Source: Cyanophora paradoxa CCMP329 (lineage: Eukaryota > Plantae > Glaucophyta). Taken from it: DNA of 18,556 bases. Numbering within the stretch: position 1 is the first letter of the stretch; each line of letters begins with the position of its first letter. The stretch lies in contig QPMI01000635.1 of NCBI GenBank assembly GCA_004431415.1, forward strand, positions 1 to 18,556, given 5' to 3'. Made by a program: the position numbers and the translations under genes. This document shows, piece by piece, positions 18,403 through 18,556 of the stretch. The notes below the pieces were generated by a model. The model searched no databases, was not told the DNA's origin, and saw only the letters and a list, made by a program, of their open reading frames with translations.

Positions 18403-18556
18403 TGGTTTCGGTGCAGCGGTTCACTTTTTTACGTTTTTTTTGCTTTTTTTATTTTTTCTGTAAAAGCTATCTATAGCAGCCCATCTTCAAGCGATACTGC
18501 GCGCGAGCTCTATCCTAGAGCTAGCTAATCGGTTTTGATGAATGCTTCGTATTCCT

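Larger units (their letters stand above)
1..18413. mobile_element. Right part of a large CACTA/EnSpm (CMC)-like DNA transposon with multi-gene cargo; left end lies outside the window
   Basis: Contains a CACTA-type transposase gene and very compact alternating genes. There is a subterminal-type short repeat array at 18202-18402. It ends in ...TTTCGGTG at 18413 (5'-CACCG on the minus strand), and composition turns T-rich shortly after. The matching left TIR and TSD are not visible, so placing all genes in one element is an inference. Confidence 0.6.

Overview
This is eukaryotic DNA with dense, mostly ~57-90 nt introns and degenerate donors (GTGCGT, GTACGC, GTTCGC, GTCCGT). It also has many 1-bp homopolymer indels, so the unspliced ORF track shows only fragments. 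Splicing by hand gives five tightly packed genes in alternating orientation. (1) An unknown minus-strand gene running off the left edge. (2) A divergent CACTA/EnSpm (Tnp2/TnpD-type) DDE transposase, +, ~2452-7538. (3) One minus-strand gene, ~14097-8439, that appears to fuse a DOT1-like SAM methyltransferase, a Ulp1/SENP-like C48 peptidase and an AWS-SET-postSET histone methyltransferase. (4) A plus-strand gene, ~14155-17105, with a class III PLP aminotransferase-like domain followed by a PHD-like zinc finger. (5) An unknown minus-strand gene. Near the right end are a 24-bp palindrome, a 14-bp-period GGTAAAGT array and a candidate CAC-type terminus at 18413. My best interpretation is the right ~18 kb of a giant CACTA-like transposon carrying its own chromatin-modifying toolkit, possibly for anti-silencing. 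All domain calls come from motif recognition by eye. No database searches were run, and exon boundaries are approximate.
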